From the NCBI GenBank assembly GCA_043808155.1, contig JAZDFD010000026.1, positions 1-64,000 of the forward strand: DNA of 64,000 nt, in the 5' to 3' direction. Position numbers and translations under genes: made by a program. The notes below the pieces were generated by a model. It ran no database searches and was not told where the DNA came from. It saw nothing but the letters and a program-made list of their open reading frames with translations. The stretch is from Candidatus Iainarchaeum sp. (lineage in GTDB: Archaea; Iainarchaeota; Iainarchaeia; Iainarchaeales; JAZDFD01). Numbering within the stretch: position 1 is the stretch's first letter; every line of letters begins with the position of its first letter. Shown piece after piece: positions 19,645 to 30,618 of this stretch.

Positions 19645-20850
19645 TTATTTTTGTTTGATTATTGCTAAAGTGTAATTTTTATTTAAATATTTTTTAGCGA
19701 CTTTTGCAACATCATTTTGTGTAACTGATTTTATTTTTTTAATATATGTTGAATGAAGTTTAGCACTTTTTAATGCTTCCCAATAACCCAAGTCATTTGC
19801 AAGATTGCTTGTACTCTCGTTACCCAATATAAATTTACCTTCGATGTAGCCTTTAGCATCATCAAGTTCGTTTTTGGTTATGTTGGATAATAATGAAATT
19901 TGTTTCATTATAATTCTTATGGCTTTTGAAATATTACTTTTATCAGTATTAAGATAAATTGCAAAATAACTTGTGTCATTCATACGGTTAATTCTGATAT
20001 TAACCTCGTATGCCAAACCGCGTTTATTTCTTATTTCTTCAACAATTTTTCCACTTCCACCTCTTGCTAATAATGCACGTATTACATCTAAAACATAGGT
20101 ATCTTTGTGACTGCTTCCTATTGTTTGATACCCTAAAATCAAATATGAATTTAATATTTTTCTTTGCTCAACAATTTTTCTAGGTTTTTTTTGTTTATAT
20201 TCCGATATTTTAGTTTTCATAGACATTTTTTTAGATGCTTTTGAAAATTTTTTGCTGACAAGAGAAATTGGGTTGTTCACATTTCCCACAATTGAAACAA
20301 TCATATTGTTAGGCACATAAAATTCATTAAAATAATCAAATAATTGTTTTTGAGTTATATTTAGAACATCTTCTTTTAGGCCTAAGATGTGATATTTTGC
20401 AGGATGTTTATTAAAAAGTTTTTTCATAAAAAGCGACCACTGATAATCTCGGGGGTCATCACTCGCCATGTTTATTTCTTTTAAAATAACTTTTTTCTCT
20501 TTTTCAATTTTATCTTCGTTAAAGGTTGGATTTTGGACTATGTCAGAAAGTATATCTAATGCAACTCGAAAGTGTTTCTTAGCAACTTTAATATAAAAAC
20601 ATGTTTTTTCATTTGACGTATAGGCATTAAATTCTCCGCCTAATTTTTCAATCTCATTTGCTATGGCTGTGCTAGTCTTTCTTTTTGTAGTGCCTTCAAA
20701 TAACATATGTTCCATAAAATGTGAAATTCCGCGTATTCCTTTTTTTTCATAATTAGACCCTACATTGACCAGTATTTGAATCGTAACTGAATCAGTGGCT
20801 TTTTTTAAAAAAACCACTCTTAAGCCATTTTTGAGTTTTTTTGTTAGCAT
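19645..20850 (-). CDS. M16B (insulinase-family) zinc peptidase
   Basis: HFMEH inverted zinc motif, NAYTS, IRNKRGLAY. Confidence 0.93.
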   Translation of the reverse strand: MLTKKLKNGLRVVFLKKATDSVTIQILVNVGSNYEKKGIRGISHFMEHMLFEGTTKRKTSTAIANEIEKLGGEFNAYTSNEKTCFYIKVAKKHFRVALDILSDIVQNPTFNEDKIEKEKKVILKEINMASDDPRDYQWSLFMKKLFNKHPAKYHILGLKEDVLNITQKQLFDYFNEFYVPNNMIVSIVGNVNNPISLVSKKFSKASKKMSMKTKISEYKQKKPRKIVEQRKILNSYLILGYQTIGSSHKDTYVLDVIRALLARGGSGKIVEEIRNKRGLAYEVNIRINRMNDTSYFAIYLNTDKSNISKAIRIIMKQISLLSNITKNELDDAKGYIEGKFILGNESTSNLANDLGYWEALKSAKLHSTYIKKIKSVTQNDVAKVAKKYLNKNYTLAIIKQK

Positions 20851-20898
20851 GACTTATATGACTCACAAGTGTATTTAACTTAATTGAAAATAACCCAT

Positions 20899-21696
20899 TC
20901 ATTTCATACCAATGTAAATTCCATAACCATAATAATCTAATAATTTGCCGGGCATCTTTTTTGCTGTACCAATCATATTATGAATTACTTTTCTGTAAAC
21001 AGGACTTGTGAAATAAAGTTTAATCATTTTCCATCCTGCAATTAATGATTCCCCGCCTGCAAGTTCTATTTCCCCTTTCATTTGTTCAAGCATTTTCATT
21101 TTCATTACTTTTATTGAAGTCATTTTCAAACCTGAATTTTCCATTAGTTCAATCCATCTTTCCCTGCTTTCAGGTTTGACCCCTCCTGCGGAATCATATG
21201 CAAATTTTCTAATATCCTCAGTTGGAGTTTTTATCCAGGTTGTTTCATTCAAACCAACAAAACCGCCAGATTTCAGAACACGGTAATATTCATTTATTGC
21301 TTTTTGTTTGTCTTCAGGAAATGCAGTAACAGATTCTGAAATTACTGCGTCAAAAGTATTGTCAGGAAATGGGAGTTGCATTGCATTTGATTCTTTAAAT
21401 CTGATTTTGTCTAACAGGTTTTTCTTTTGTGCTCTTTCCTTTGCACGCTGAATCATTTCAGGAGATAAATCAACCGCTATGATTTTACAGCCAATGTTTT
21501 CTGCCAAATAACATGTGGTTTTCCCCACTCCACAACCAATCTCTAAAATGTGAGATTCTTTTTTAATTCTGCAAAGCTTTACTAAATCAAGAGTTCCTTT
21601 TAATCCACCAACGTGTTTAGAAATACCAACTTTAGATTGTAGGTCAAAATAAGGATTTTTCAAATCTTCAAATTTTTCAGATGCATTTTCACACAT
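20899..21696 (-). CDS. Class I SAM-dependent methyltransferase
   Basis: LEIGCGVG, LPFPDNTFD, RVLKSGG. Confidence 0.9.
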   Translation of the reverse strand: MCENASEKFEDLKNPYFDLQSKVGISKHVGGLKGTLDLVKLCRIKKESHILEIGCGVGKTTCYLAENIGCKIIAVDLSPEMIQRAKERAQKKNLLDKIRFKESNAMQLPFPDNTFDAVISESVTAFPEDKQKAINEYYRVLKSGGFVGLNETTWIKTPTEDIRKFAYDSAGGVKPESRERWIELMENSGLKMTSIKVMKMKMLEQMKGEIELAGGESLIAGWKMIKLYFTSPVYRKVIHNMIGTAKKMPGKLLDYYGYGIYIGMK

Positions 21697-21734
21697 GATA
21701 AATAGAGGTCATTCTCTCTTATTAATTTTTTTGT

Positions 21735-21773
21735 AAAAAAGAAAAAGAGAAATAACGGATTATATCCGTTATT
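21735..21773 (-). terminator. Hairpin + oligo-T terminator
   Basis: AATAACGGAT-N3-ATCCGTTATT hairpin followed by T-runs on the minus strand, just after the DUF4382 gene. Confidence 0.6.
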
Positions 21774-21785
21774 CACGTTTAGTAT

Positions 21786-23018
21786 TTAAACCATGTTTAC
21801 GCAGCTTCCACCTATGCATTGCAACCCTTCACTGCAAGGCACATCTTCTATACAGGTTTCGCAGTCTTCACCAGTATCTACTGTACCGTTTCCGCAAAGA
21901 GTGATTTCTGTACATGTACCTTCAGTACATTCATAACCTTCTTCGCATGTTACATCTTCCGCACAAGTAGAGCAGTCTTCACCGTCATCAATCTCTGAAT
22001 TTCCGCAAAGATTTATTTCAGTGCATGCCCCATCTGAACATTCAAAACCTTCTTCGCATATTACATCGTCAGGACATGTTGAACAATTTTCATTTTCATC
22101 TATTTCAGAGTTACCACAAAGACCCTCTTGGTTTTCTTCCTGGTTTTCTTCTTGGTTTTGCTGGTCTTCACCCTGATTTTCTTCCTGATTCTGTTCCTGA
22201 TTTTCTTCCTGATTTGGTTCCTTGAGTGTCAGCAGTTTAATAACTGGTTTAAGTTTCCAGTCCCCATTGCCTGTTTGCATTAATGATTTGTCCACAAGGA
22301 AATCAATCAGAAGTTCTGTTGTTTCTCCTTCACCAACATAAAATCCATGATTGAATCTCAAAGTGTTTGAAGGAATTGTAACTTCAATTTCTTCTGGTGT
22401 GGTCTCTTCTATTTCCTCAGTTGTAGTGTCTTCTTCAGTTCCTGAATTTCCGTTGTTTCCATTTCCTGAATTTCCATTGTCATTTGGAGCTTCTAAGTTT
22501 GCAGTGTCCTCTTTTAATGTAAGAGTTGCTTTTACAATGTCTAATCTTAACATTGTGTAATGTCCGGTTTCAAGTATATTTTCTCCGAACAAAGTTGAAA
22601 CATCCTGCAACTGAAGCAAATCAAAAGTTTGCTCTTCTTCTGAAATTGTGAACCACTCACCGCCTGTTTTGTGCGCTTCCAATTTTGAAAAGGTTATGTT
22701 TAGTGTTTCAATCTCATCAGTTGGCAAATCTTTTAGGTAAATCGCCAAATTACCTGTTGTGCCTTCAGGTGCAACTGATTCTTCTGAAGCTTCTTCTGCA
22801 GTTTCTTCAGTAGCTTCCTGTTCAGGTGCTTGTTCTATTTGTTGTTCCAGTTCTGTTTCAGTTTCTGGTTCATTTTCTGTTTCTGCCCCAATGTCTGTTC
22901 CATTATCTATTTGAGTATTTGTTCCATTGTCTGAATTTATATTATCAGTATCTGGCTGAGTACAGCCACTAATAATCAAAATAAGCAAAACAAATGAAAC
23001 AATCAAAAATTTCTTCAC
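21786..23018 (-). CDS. DUF4382-like lipoprotein with QEENQE low-complexity tract and three Cys-rich repeats
   Basis: ISGC lipobox; G.L.IYLKDLP..FDLLQL..GHYTMLRL..LLIDF..LKPVIK; three CGN..D..E.C.TC..DV.C.EG..C repeats. Confidence 0.8.
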   Translation of the reverse strand: MKKFLIVSFVLLILIISGCTQPDTDNINSDNGTNTQIDNGTDIGAETENEPETETELEQQIEQAPEQEATEETAEEASEESVAPEGTTGNLAIYLKDLPTDEIETLNITFSKLEAHKTGGEWFTISEEEQTFDLLQLQDVSTLFGENILETGHYTMLRLDIVKATLTLKEDTANLEAPNDNGNSGNGNNGNSGTEEDTTTEEIEETTPEEIEVTIPSNTLRFNHGFYVGEGETTELLIDFLVDKSLMQTGNGDWKLKPVIKLLTLKEPNQEENQEQNQEENQGEDQQNQEENQEENQEGLCGNSEIDENENCSTCPDDVICEEGFECSDGACTEINLCGNSEIDDGEDCSTCAEDVTCEEGYECTEGTCTEITLCGNGTVDTGEDCETCIEDVPCSEGLQCIGGSCVNMV

Positions 23019-23097
23019 ATTATCTCCTCCCTAAGACTAATTTATATAACTTATATATAACTAATCAAATATAAAGATTACTCTTCTTTATCCATCT

Positions 23098-23652
23098 ATG
23101 AAAAATGATGTGTTAGATGCGATTTATAAAAGACGCTCTGTAAGAAAATATTCTGAAAAAGAAGTCTCTGAAGAAATTGTAAAAGAACTAATTAATGCAG
23201 GTATAATGGCCCCCTCTGCAAGAAACACACAGCCATGGAATTTCAGCATTGTTCAGGGCAAAGAAAAAATAAAAGAATTTTCAGATAAAGCACTTGAACA
23301 GAGAAAAATACTTGGAAAAATAATTGGCGGAAGTTTCAAAGTAATGGGTCTGGGTTCATTATTTTACAATGCACCTCTGCTTATTTTCATTTCGGGAAAA
23401 AGCGATTACTCTTATCTGAAAGATGATGTGAATTTAGCAGTTCAGAATATGTTTTTGGCTGCATATTCATTAGGTTTGGGCAGCTGCTGGATTGGGATGG
23501 CAAAAGACTTAAACAAAAATAAAAGTGCAAAAAAAGAACTCGGAATTCCTGCTGATTTTGAAATTGTTGCACCACTAATTTTTGGTTATCCTGAAGGAAA
23601 CGAAAAAGAAACGCCAAAACGCGAACCTAAAATCTTAAAGTGGATTAAATAA
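23098..23652 (+). CDS. Nitroreductase-family protein
   Basis: RRSVRKY, APSARNTQPW, AAYSLGLGSCWIG. Confidence 0.93.
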   Translation: MKNDVLDAIYKRRSVRKYSEKEVSEEIVKELINAGIMAPSARNTQPWNFSIVQGKEKIKEFSDKALEQRKILGKIIGGSFKVMGLGSLFYNAPLLIFISGKSDYSYLKDDVNLAVQNMFLAAYSLGLGSCWIGMAKDLNKNKSAKKELGIPADFEIVAPLIFGYPEGNEKETPKREPKILKWIK

Positions 23653-23657
23653 TCTGC

Positions 23658-24785
23658 TTACTTTGTTGTCTGATTCTGCTTCAGCAGTGCCTGTAAAAAC
23701 AGAATATTATAATTAAAAAAGAAAAGTTTCACAGGCGCAAGTGCAATATTCAGACACAGTACATAAAACATTAGGCCAATTATTAATAGTAAAACGCCGA
23801 TTGCAATCATCGCCAATAATAGTGAGGCGCTTGCACTCACAATCATAATCAAAATAATTGCAACAATCACTGCTACTATTACAAATGGAATTGCAACCAC
23901 AAACAAAGCAACCAAACCAATTATTGCAGCAATAATCCCCAGCCCAAACTGAACAAGCAGTAAAACAATAACTTGTGCAATATTATTTTTTACAAGTGAA
24001 ATACTTTTTTTGAAAGCTTCAAATGCTTTCATTTCACTAAAATACATCCAGTACATTGCGAATTGTCCAAAGATATAACCCACAATTATTAGAACAATCA
24101 TAACCAATAATGCAAGTATTGCAAGCGGAATCAGAATAATTCCGAAAGCAGCAATCCCTGAAAATAAATTAGATGCTGAACCAATCAATCCTGTAAAAAA
24201 TGATGCTACCAGCATCAATAATGCTAAAAGAAGAATCACAATACAAATTAATGATATAACTCCTACAACAATTTCAAATTTAGTAACTGAAATTGCTTTG
24301 CTCCAGAATTTTTTCATATATTCTCTGATGTGAACTTCATTTGTTTCTGTACTTTCAATAATTGCAAAGAATGCCATATTTTTAAGTATTGTAAGCAAAA
24401 TTCCAATAATAAATAAAACAATAAGCAAAATTATTGCTACTATAATTATTGTGTTTATCAAATCCGGAGTTAGTGAAGGCATTAGTGATGCAAAACCAGT
24501 CATATTTGGCAATTCTGGAAGTTCTGAAGCAGAACCAATGATTGCATTTGTGCTTTCTGAAGTTGAACCCTGACCAATTGTTTTAATTGCATTAGCAAAT
24601 GAGTCTGAATCACTTGTATTAAGATTACTAAAGTTTCCGACACCGCTCCCACCAGCAGAAAGCAATGTAAAAATAAACATCAGTATTCCAATCTTAATCC
24701 ATTTGCTTCTTGCATCAGGACCTGTGAAAAACGCCTTTGTTTTATCAATAGCAGGTTCAATCACATCAAATGCATACCAAGCCAT
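23658..24785 (-). CDS. Conserved polytopic membrane protein
   Basis: Multiple long hydrophobic segments. Confidence 0.75.
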   Translation of the reverse strand: MAWYAFDVIEPAIDKTKAFFTGPDARSKWIKIGILMFIFTLLSAGGSGVGNFSNLNTSDSDSFANAIKTIGQGSTSESTNAIIGSASELPELPNMTGFASLMPSLTPDLINTIIIVAIILLIVLFIIGILLTILKNMAFFAIIESTETNEVHIREYMKKFWSKAISVTKFEIVVGVISLICIVILLLALLMLVASFFTGLIGSASNLFSGIAAFGIILIPLAILALLVMIVLIIVGYIFGQFAMYWMYFSEMKAFEAFKKSISLVKNNIAQVIVLLLVQFGLGIIAAIIGLVALFVVAIPFVIVAVIVAIILIMIVSASASLLLAMIAIGVLLLIIGLMFYVLCLNIALAPVKLFFFNYNILFLQALLKQNQTTK

Positions 24786-24814
24786 GTTTAGATAACACCT
24801 TTTATAGTATTTAA

Positions 24815-25306
24815 TTATTTCATTTTGCTGAAATTCAGTTCTTCCTCTAATTCAGAGTGCATCAGTTTCATTGAAGCGTCTGAAAATTCAATAATACCAA
24901 ATTCCCTTGAAAATGAAGTTCCCTTGCATATAAAAGTAATTGAACTTTTGTCAACGTAAACAAAAGACGCACATTCAAAATCAGCGCCTTTTGAAAAATA
25001 TTCCATATATCTCCCAGTTCCATCTTCATTTATTGTGAATTTAATTTTATCAAGATTAGCCATCTTTCCTACTGCAGCTTCACTTAGTGACTCTTCTTCT
25101 GAGAAATGAATCGCATCTTCCGCATTTGTGGTTTTTTCTTTCCCATAAAGAACTGGGTTTTCAGGGTCAAAACCAGTGTTGTCCCAGTACCATGTACCCG
25201 TAAATGAAGCAAATTCTTCTTTCAAAGGCTCAGCCTCATTTTCAATGCAACCGCTGAAAAAAACTAGCACTGCGATTAATGAAATTAGTAAAATTCTTGA
25301 ATTCAT
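24815..25306 (-). CDS. Putative lipoprotein (lipocalin-like GTW motif)
   Basis: FFSGC lipobox; FTGTWYW. Confidence 0.7.
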   Translation of the reverse strand: MNSRILLISLIAVLVFFSGCIENEAEPLKEEFASFTGTWYWDNTGFDPENPVLYGKEKTTNAEDAIHFSEEESLSEAAVGKMANLDKIKFTINEDGTGRYMEYFSKGADFECASFVYVDKSSITFICKGTSFSREFGIIEFSDASMKLMHSELEEELNFSKMK

Positions 25307-25417
25307 TTCAGTATTGGAATCAAAAACCTATTTTAATCTTTTGGTAGGGTTTTGAGCAAAGTCTAATTCAAAAATAACTCTTTTATATCACTTAATATAT
25401 TATGTTTCTGATTAGAA

Positions 25418-27949
25418 ATGAAAAAAATAGTCTTGATTTTAATTTTTTTTCTAGTTTTGCTGACATTTGTTTCTGCTGTAACTGATTATTATTTGGGTTG
25501 CAGAAGTGATTCAGAATGTGACCCAGATGAAATTTGTGCAGGTTATGGTGATGGGGCGGGAAACATTACAGGGAAGTGTGTTCCAGATCCAGGATATGTT
25601 GAATGTGATGATGACTGGGATTGTGATCTTATAAATAGTTATAATTATGGCTGGCTCTGTAAAGCGGGAATATGTGCTCCTTTAGAACGTTTTAAGGGGG
25701 AGGGGGTAGAAATAGAAAAATGTAATGATGGAAAAGATAATGATAATGACGGAGATGCAGATTGTGCTGACACAGACTGTTATGATTCTGTTTTTTGTTA
25801 TGAAATGCTTTGTGATGATGAATTAGATAATGATTTTGATGGTTACACTGATTGCGATGATTCTGATTGTTCAATAGATCCTGAATGCAGACAAATGATG
25901 ACGTTTGAAATAAGTAAGGAATCAATTACTGCCGATGATTCAGATTTTATTGAAATTGAAGTTTCTGTGAATGACGCAGATGGTAATCCCGTGGCAGGAG
26001 AAAATATTATTGTTTGGATTGAAACATCGGACTGGGGCTGGCAGGATTTTATTGGTTTTCCAAAACCGCAGGAAGGAACAACAGATGCAGATGGAAAATT
26101 CACTTCACAATATTCTGCAGATGAAATTTACGAGGAATGGGCAGATGGAAAAGACTTCAAAAAAATCCCTGCAACAATTTATGCAAAGCATTTGAAAAGT
26201 GAAACAACACTTTCACAAGATATTGAAATTACAGCACCAACAAGAGCAAAAATAATGGTTGTTGAAGCAGTGCAATCAATTAGATCTGAAAAAGCCATGC
26301 TTGTTTCTGGAAAGAAAACCGTTGTGTTTGTTGGCATACGTGCAAAAGATGTATCATTTTTCGAAGAGAATGATTCTTTTGAAGCATACTTAGATTTAGA
26401 AATGATTGGAAGTGAGTTCTCACCTACAAATAGTTTCCAAAGAATTCCAATTGAAGCGTCACAATTTAATAGAATTGAAAATTATGGCGGAGATATTGAA
26501 AGAAGAACAAATGTTGATGAACACTTGGATTTCTTTTATTTTAATCCTGATGATTCTGAAAGAAACAAATGGGTTTTTTATGAATTTTACGTTGACGGAC
26601 TAGACACAAAATACAATGGAAAATATGATTTCAAAGCTAAACTTTACATTGAACAGGATGCGGATTTATTTGGAAAGGAAACAGTTGTCCTTAGTGAAAG
26701 AGGCGCGATTTACGATGTTTTTTCTTCCGGATTTGTTTCTGTAAAATTAGTTCCAATTGGTTTGGGGCTTTGGCATGATGATTTGTGTGAATATTGCGTA
26801 ACTTCAAAAGACACATCTGGTTTTGCGGAAAAAGTAAATCAAATTTTAAGTTACATTCCAAAAAGGATTGCAGCTGAGTTGGGAAACGCGTCCGCAAAAA
26901 ATGCATTGTATGAATTTGATAATTGCAATCCTGCAAGTTTCAGACCTCTAGGTGGTGGTGCAAATTTCACAGGTATTTTAGATTTGCAGAAACTTCAAAG
27001 TATAATCAATAAAGATAATTCTCCAGTGCGTGAAGTTTGTAAAGATGGAATAAATAATTTATTTTCTGAATCTGACTGGCAAAATTTAGCATCACAATCA
27101 CCGATTGTTGGTTTTGATGAAAAAACAGGGCTTGAAAGATACCTGGAAAAAGCAAATGACAGTAAAAGTTTTTTCAAAGCAGTTATGCCTCTTGCAGAAG
27201 AAAACATTTATTTCCAAACGTCAACAGAACCATTTTCTGCTTACATAAATCCAAAAACAAATTCTCCTTTAATGATAATGGCAGCTTTGCACGATGTGGA
27301 AGTTGGAAGAAGATGGTCACGTTCATTGTATAGTCCCGATTTTCTTTTTGAAAAGATTACGGGTTTAGATTCTGCAGATATTAATCCCTACAAAATAAAA
27401 GGTTTTGACAGAGTCATTGGATTTGTTCCAACAAACCGTTCACAAGTAAGTGATTTTACTTATTTTGGAGATAAAGATACTTTTGGTTATTCAAGTGGTG
27501 TTAATAGATATGCTGCTTTGGTAGATCTTGATGCTGCAGGAAAAGAAACAATGGTACATGAACTTTTGCATACTTATTGTGCGAAAGATGAATATGGCGG
27601 ATTAGGAACTGCAGGTTATGGTGAGGTTGTAAATGCAATTGTCTGCTCAGAAGGATTTGAAGCAATAAACTCTAATAAAGGAGAAACTATTGCGGGAACA
27701 GAAGTAACAAATGGTTTCTGGGTTGAGAAAAGAAAGTTTATGGGCACACCATCATCACCGCTTTATTCTATAATGGGCGAATCAGATCAGATGGGGAATA
27801 TGTGGATTACAGATGACCTTTACACAGGTGTTGGTGTAAAACTAAGAACATTCCCTTACCCAACAAAAAGCATTTTTGAATATATTGGGGATTACACTAC
27901 TCTAACCTATCCTGGCAAACAATACATAACAGGTGAGACTAGTGAATAA
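25418..27949 (+). CDS. Secreted multidomain zinc metalloprotease (Cys/Asp repeats, Ig-like domain, HEXXH)
   Basis: Signal peptide, two C.D..DND.DG..DC.D.DC repeats, Ig-like segment (V.DADGNPV, TDADG), VHELLH, SIMG Met-turn. Confidence 0.8.
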   Translation: MKKIVLILIFFLVLLTFVSAVTDYYLGCRSDSECDPDEICAGYGDGAGNITGKCVPDPGYVECDDDWDCDLINSYNYGWLCKAGICAPLERFKGEGVEIEKCNDGKDNDNDGDADCADTDCYDSVFCYEMLCDDELDNDFDGYTDCDDSDCSIDPECRQMMTFEISKESITADDSDFIEIEVSVNDADGNPVAGENIIVWIETSDWGWQDFIGFPKPQEGTTDADGKFTSQYSADEIYEEWADGKDFKKIPATIYAKHLKSETTLSQDIEITAPTRAKIMVVEAVQSIRSEKAMLVSGKKTVVFVGIRAKDVSFFEENDSFEAYLDLEMIGSEFSPTNSFQRIPIEASQFNRIENYGGDIERRTNVDEHLDFFYFNPDDSERNKWVFYEFYVDGLDTKYNGKYDFKAKLYIEQDADLFGKETVVLSERGAIYDVFSSGFVSVKLVPIGLGLWHDDLCEYCVTSKDTSGFAEKVNQILSYIPKRIAAELGNASAKNALYEFDNCNPASFRPLGGGANFTGILDLQKLQSIINKDNSPVREVCKDGINNLFSESDWQNLASQSPIVGFDEKTGLERYLEKANDSKSFFKAVMPLAEENIYFQTSTEPFSAYINPKTNSPLMIMAALHDVEVGRRWSRSLYSPDFLFEKITGLDSADINPYKIKGFDRVIGFVPTNRSQVSDFTYFGDKDTFGYSSGVNRYAALVDLDAAGKETMVHELLHTYCAKDEYGGLGTAGYGEVVNAIVCSEGFEAINSNKGETIAGTEVTNGFWVEKRKFMGTPSSPLYSIMGESDQMGNMWITDDLYTGVGVKLRTFPYPTKSIFEYIGDYTTLTYPGKQYITGETSE

Positions 27950-29141
27950 AATATTCAAACTAATCACACTATTAATTCTCATTTGTCTTATACATAATAT
28001 TTCTGCAGTTCCCTATGAACAACTCTCTAAAGCCATAGAAATCGAAGGAATAATCACCTCGGAAGGAGAGGTTTACTGCACAGCAATTGTTTTAGAACAC
28101 GCTACACTGCATTTTTATGAATCAGAGGTATTTGAATTATCATATTATGTTACACTATTTGATAAAAGCGGAGAAGGCATAATGAGTTATGATTTTCCCC
28201 CAAATCCAAGTTTTTATGGTGATGTGCCAATAGAAACGCCTGAATTTGAAACTTTTTATTTAGTGGTTCCTTATGAAGACGCATACACAATAATAGTTGC
28301 AAACTCAGATGAAAAAGAAGTATGCCGAATTGAAAGGTCAAAAAACTCACCCGAAATTTTAATTACAAATCCCACGGGTATTTTACCTTGGAATTCTGTA
28401 AAAAAAATAGAATGGACAATGAGTGACGAGGATGATGATTGGTTGTTAGTTGATGTTTACTATGCAGATGATTCTGGTTTTGGATGGAACTTATTGGAAA
28501 GAGAAGTTGACGGAACATCTTTAGAATTAGATGAACCAATTGAATTAACAAGAATTAAAGTCATTGTGAATGATGGTTTTAATTCCGCAGAATCCGTTGT
28601 TCAGAGTTTAACTGCTTCTGGGAATGTAAATGAAAACGTAGATTTTCAGTTTCAGGATACTGCGTGGTTTGTTGATGATGATTATGCTATAAAATCAGAA
28701 GATTATATATATGAGGCTGAGTTTTATGATAATAACATTGGTGATGATATGGAATTTATAGATTCGATTATAGAAATTGTTGGTTGGCTGATAGCATTAA
28801 TTGTGATTGCAATTATTCTTAAAGCAGTTTTTGGCAGAAAGAAAAAAGAAAAACCAAAAGAAGAAAAACCTGCACAGGAAAAATCAGTGGAAGAAAAACC
28901 AAAACCTCAACCAAAACCAGAAGTTAAAGAACAAAAACCTGTAGATAAAAAACCTGAACCAAAACAAGAATCCGAACCCGAACCAAAAAAAGAAATACAA
29001 GAAACTATTAAAAAAGAACCCTCAAAAACAATGACTAACAAAGAGTATAGTGATGCAATGAAAGTTCTAAGAAAAAGATATGCTGCAGGGGAAATAACAA
29101 CACAGCAATTCAAAGAAATGAAAAAAGAACTAGAGGGGTAA
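27933..29141 (+). CDS. Membrane-anchored protein: Ig-like ectodomain, TM, KPE-rich linker, C-terminal SHOCT domain
   Basis: Signal peptide, RSKNSPEILITNP..W..SDEDDD, TM helix, LRKRYAAGEITTQQFKEMKKEL. Confidence 0.78.
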   Translation: MRLVNKIFKLITLLILICLIHNISAVPYEQLSKAIEIEGIITSEGEVYCTAIVLEHATLHFYESEVFELSYYVTLFDKSGEGIMSYDFPPNPSFYGDVPIETPEFETFYLVVPYEDAYTIIVANSDEKEVCRIERSKNSPEILITNPTGILPWNSVKKIEWTMSDEDDDWLLVDVYYADDSGFGWNLLEREVDGTSLELDEPIELTRIKVIVNDGFNSAESVVQSLTASGNVNENVDFQFQDTAWFVDDDYAIKSEDYIYEAEFYDNNIGDDMEFIDSIIEIVGWLIALIVIAIILKAVFGRKKKEKPKEEKPAQEKSVEEKPKPQPKPEVKEQKPVDKKPEPKQESEPEPKKEIQETIKKEPSKTMTNKEYSDAMKVLRKRYAAGEITTQQFKEMKKELEG

Positions 29142-29142
29142 C

Positions 29143-30162
29143 ATGGTGCGTTACAGAACTTTAATTTTTGTTTTGATTCTTCTAGTGGTGGTTCTTTTTG
29201 GATTATTTTTCATTAATGGACTTTTAGATGAGAATAGAGAAATTGTTGAAGCTATTTTTGGAAGTGAGTTTGTAAACGGAACAGAAAACAATAATGAAAA
29301 TACAGGCGGACTTTTTGATGGATTTAATATTTTTGGTTCAGGATCACAAATTGTTTTTGCACAAAATAGTAGCGGAGAAAATATAATTCCAACTAGCAGT
29401 AATCCTGTTTGGAGTGATGATAGCAAAACTCTTGCTTTTTCAACTTCAGGGGGGCTCATTTACGGGACAAATGTTAATGGTAGTGATTTTTGGCAGATAA
29501 CAGGGGATGACCTTGATAAATATGGGCGAACAAGAGGCGCAATACCAAAAAACGACCCTAAAAGTTCTGATTTATTGTATATTGCAAACATTGAAAGTGA
29601 CCATTATGGTTCCTATACTCATATTATAAGTAAAATTTCATTTGATGGACAAACTATTGATGACTATGTGAGATTTGTTGCAGATCAAAAAGTATATGGT
29701 TTTATGATAAGTCCTGATGGTTCTAAAATTATTAGTGCTGGTTTGTTGTTTAATGTAACTAGTGATGACAAAGTTTTGAAAGGCAAGGCGATAGAGCTCT
29801 CTGGTTGGTGTTTAGAGTTTAGTTATGATTCAGAGTATATTATTTGCATAAATGGCAATTCAGTATATCAGTATGAGATTGCGACTGGGGCACAGGACGA
29901 AATAATGAGTATAAATTGTACTTATGGAGATTATTGTGCTAGTGAAAATAAAATCGCATGTTTTGGAAATAATGATTCTGATTTGTCATGTAACCCACTT
30001 GTAATTTATGATTTGAACTCAAAAGAAAAAAGTGACTTAATTTGTGAAACAAATATTATTACTGCATCACATCCTAGTTGGAGTCCAGATTGCAGTAAAA
30101 TTGCTTATCGTGCTTATGACCATCTTAATGGTGCAATGATAAAAATAGTGGAGGTTAGTTAA
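29143..30162 (+). CDS. TolB-like beta-propeller (PD40) surface protein
   Basis: N-terminal anchor; PVWSDDSKTLAF, ISPDGSKI, PSWSPDCSKIAY repeats. Confidence 0.75.
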   Translation: MVRYRTLIFVLILLVVVLFGLFFINGLLDENREIVEAIFGSEFVNGTENNNENTGGLFDGFNIFGSGSQIVFAQNSSGENIIPTSSNPVWSDDSKTLAFSTSGGLIYGTNVNGSDFWQITGDDLDKYGRTRGAIPKNDPKSSDLLYIANIESDHYGSYTHIISKISFDGQTIDDYVRFVADQKVYGFMISPDGSKIISAGLLFNVTSDDKVLKGKAIELSGWCLEFSYDSEYIICINGNSVYQYEIATGAQDEIMSINCTYGDYCASENKIACFGNNDSDLSCNPLVIYDLNSKEKSDLICETNIITASHPSWSPDCSKIAYRAYDHLNGAMIKIVEVS

Positions 30163-30588
30163 ATGAAAAAAATAGTATTAGTATTACTCCTAGTATCCAC
30201 AATTCTTTTTTCCGGGTGCTTGGATGATTTTGGAGGAAAGCCAAAAATAGTTTTCAAAGGCATGGATGACGTAAGAGTACCTGAAGAATGTGCAGACGTA
30301 AAAGATGATGTTTGCGGATTGTTTAGTTGTATGGTTGACCTTTGTTGGTGCAAAGAAGGACCAGATATGATTCTTTACGAACCAAATACTGATGTCTCAA
30401 GTAATACTGAAGCAACACAGCTTGTAATGACTTACATCAGTGAAAACAGTCTGAATCTTACAGTAACAAACTCAGTACAGCTTAACACAGTGTTCTATAA
30501 TGTTTTTGCAGAAGATTCTTCTGGTAATGAAGAAGTATTCACAGTTGCTGCAGATGGAACAATTATACAAACAATTTGCGGTGTTTAA
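30163..30588 (+). CDS. Putative lipoprotein
   Basis: LFSGC lipobox, Cys cluster; GGAGG SD. Confidence 0.7.
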   Translation: MKKIVLVLLLVSTILFSGCLDDFGGKPKIVFKGMDDVRVPEECADVKDDVCGLFSCMVDLCWCKEGPDMILYEPNTDVSSNTEATQLVMTYISENSLNLTVTNSVQLNTVFYNVFAEDSSGNEEVFTVAADGTIIQTICGV

Positions 30589-30618
30589 GAAAAAGAATTA
30601 AGAAATAAGGTTTTGTAA

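Noticed and set aside
22120-22215. Tandem DNA repeats as a non-coding array
   Set aside because: They encode the QEENQE linker of the DUF4382 protein
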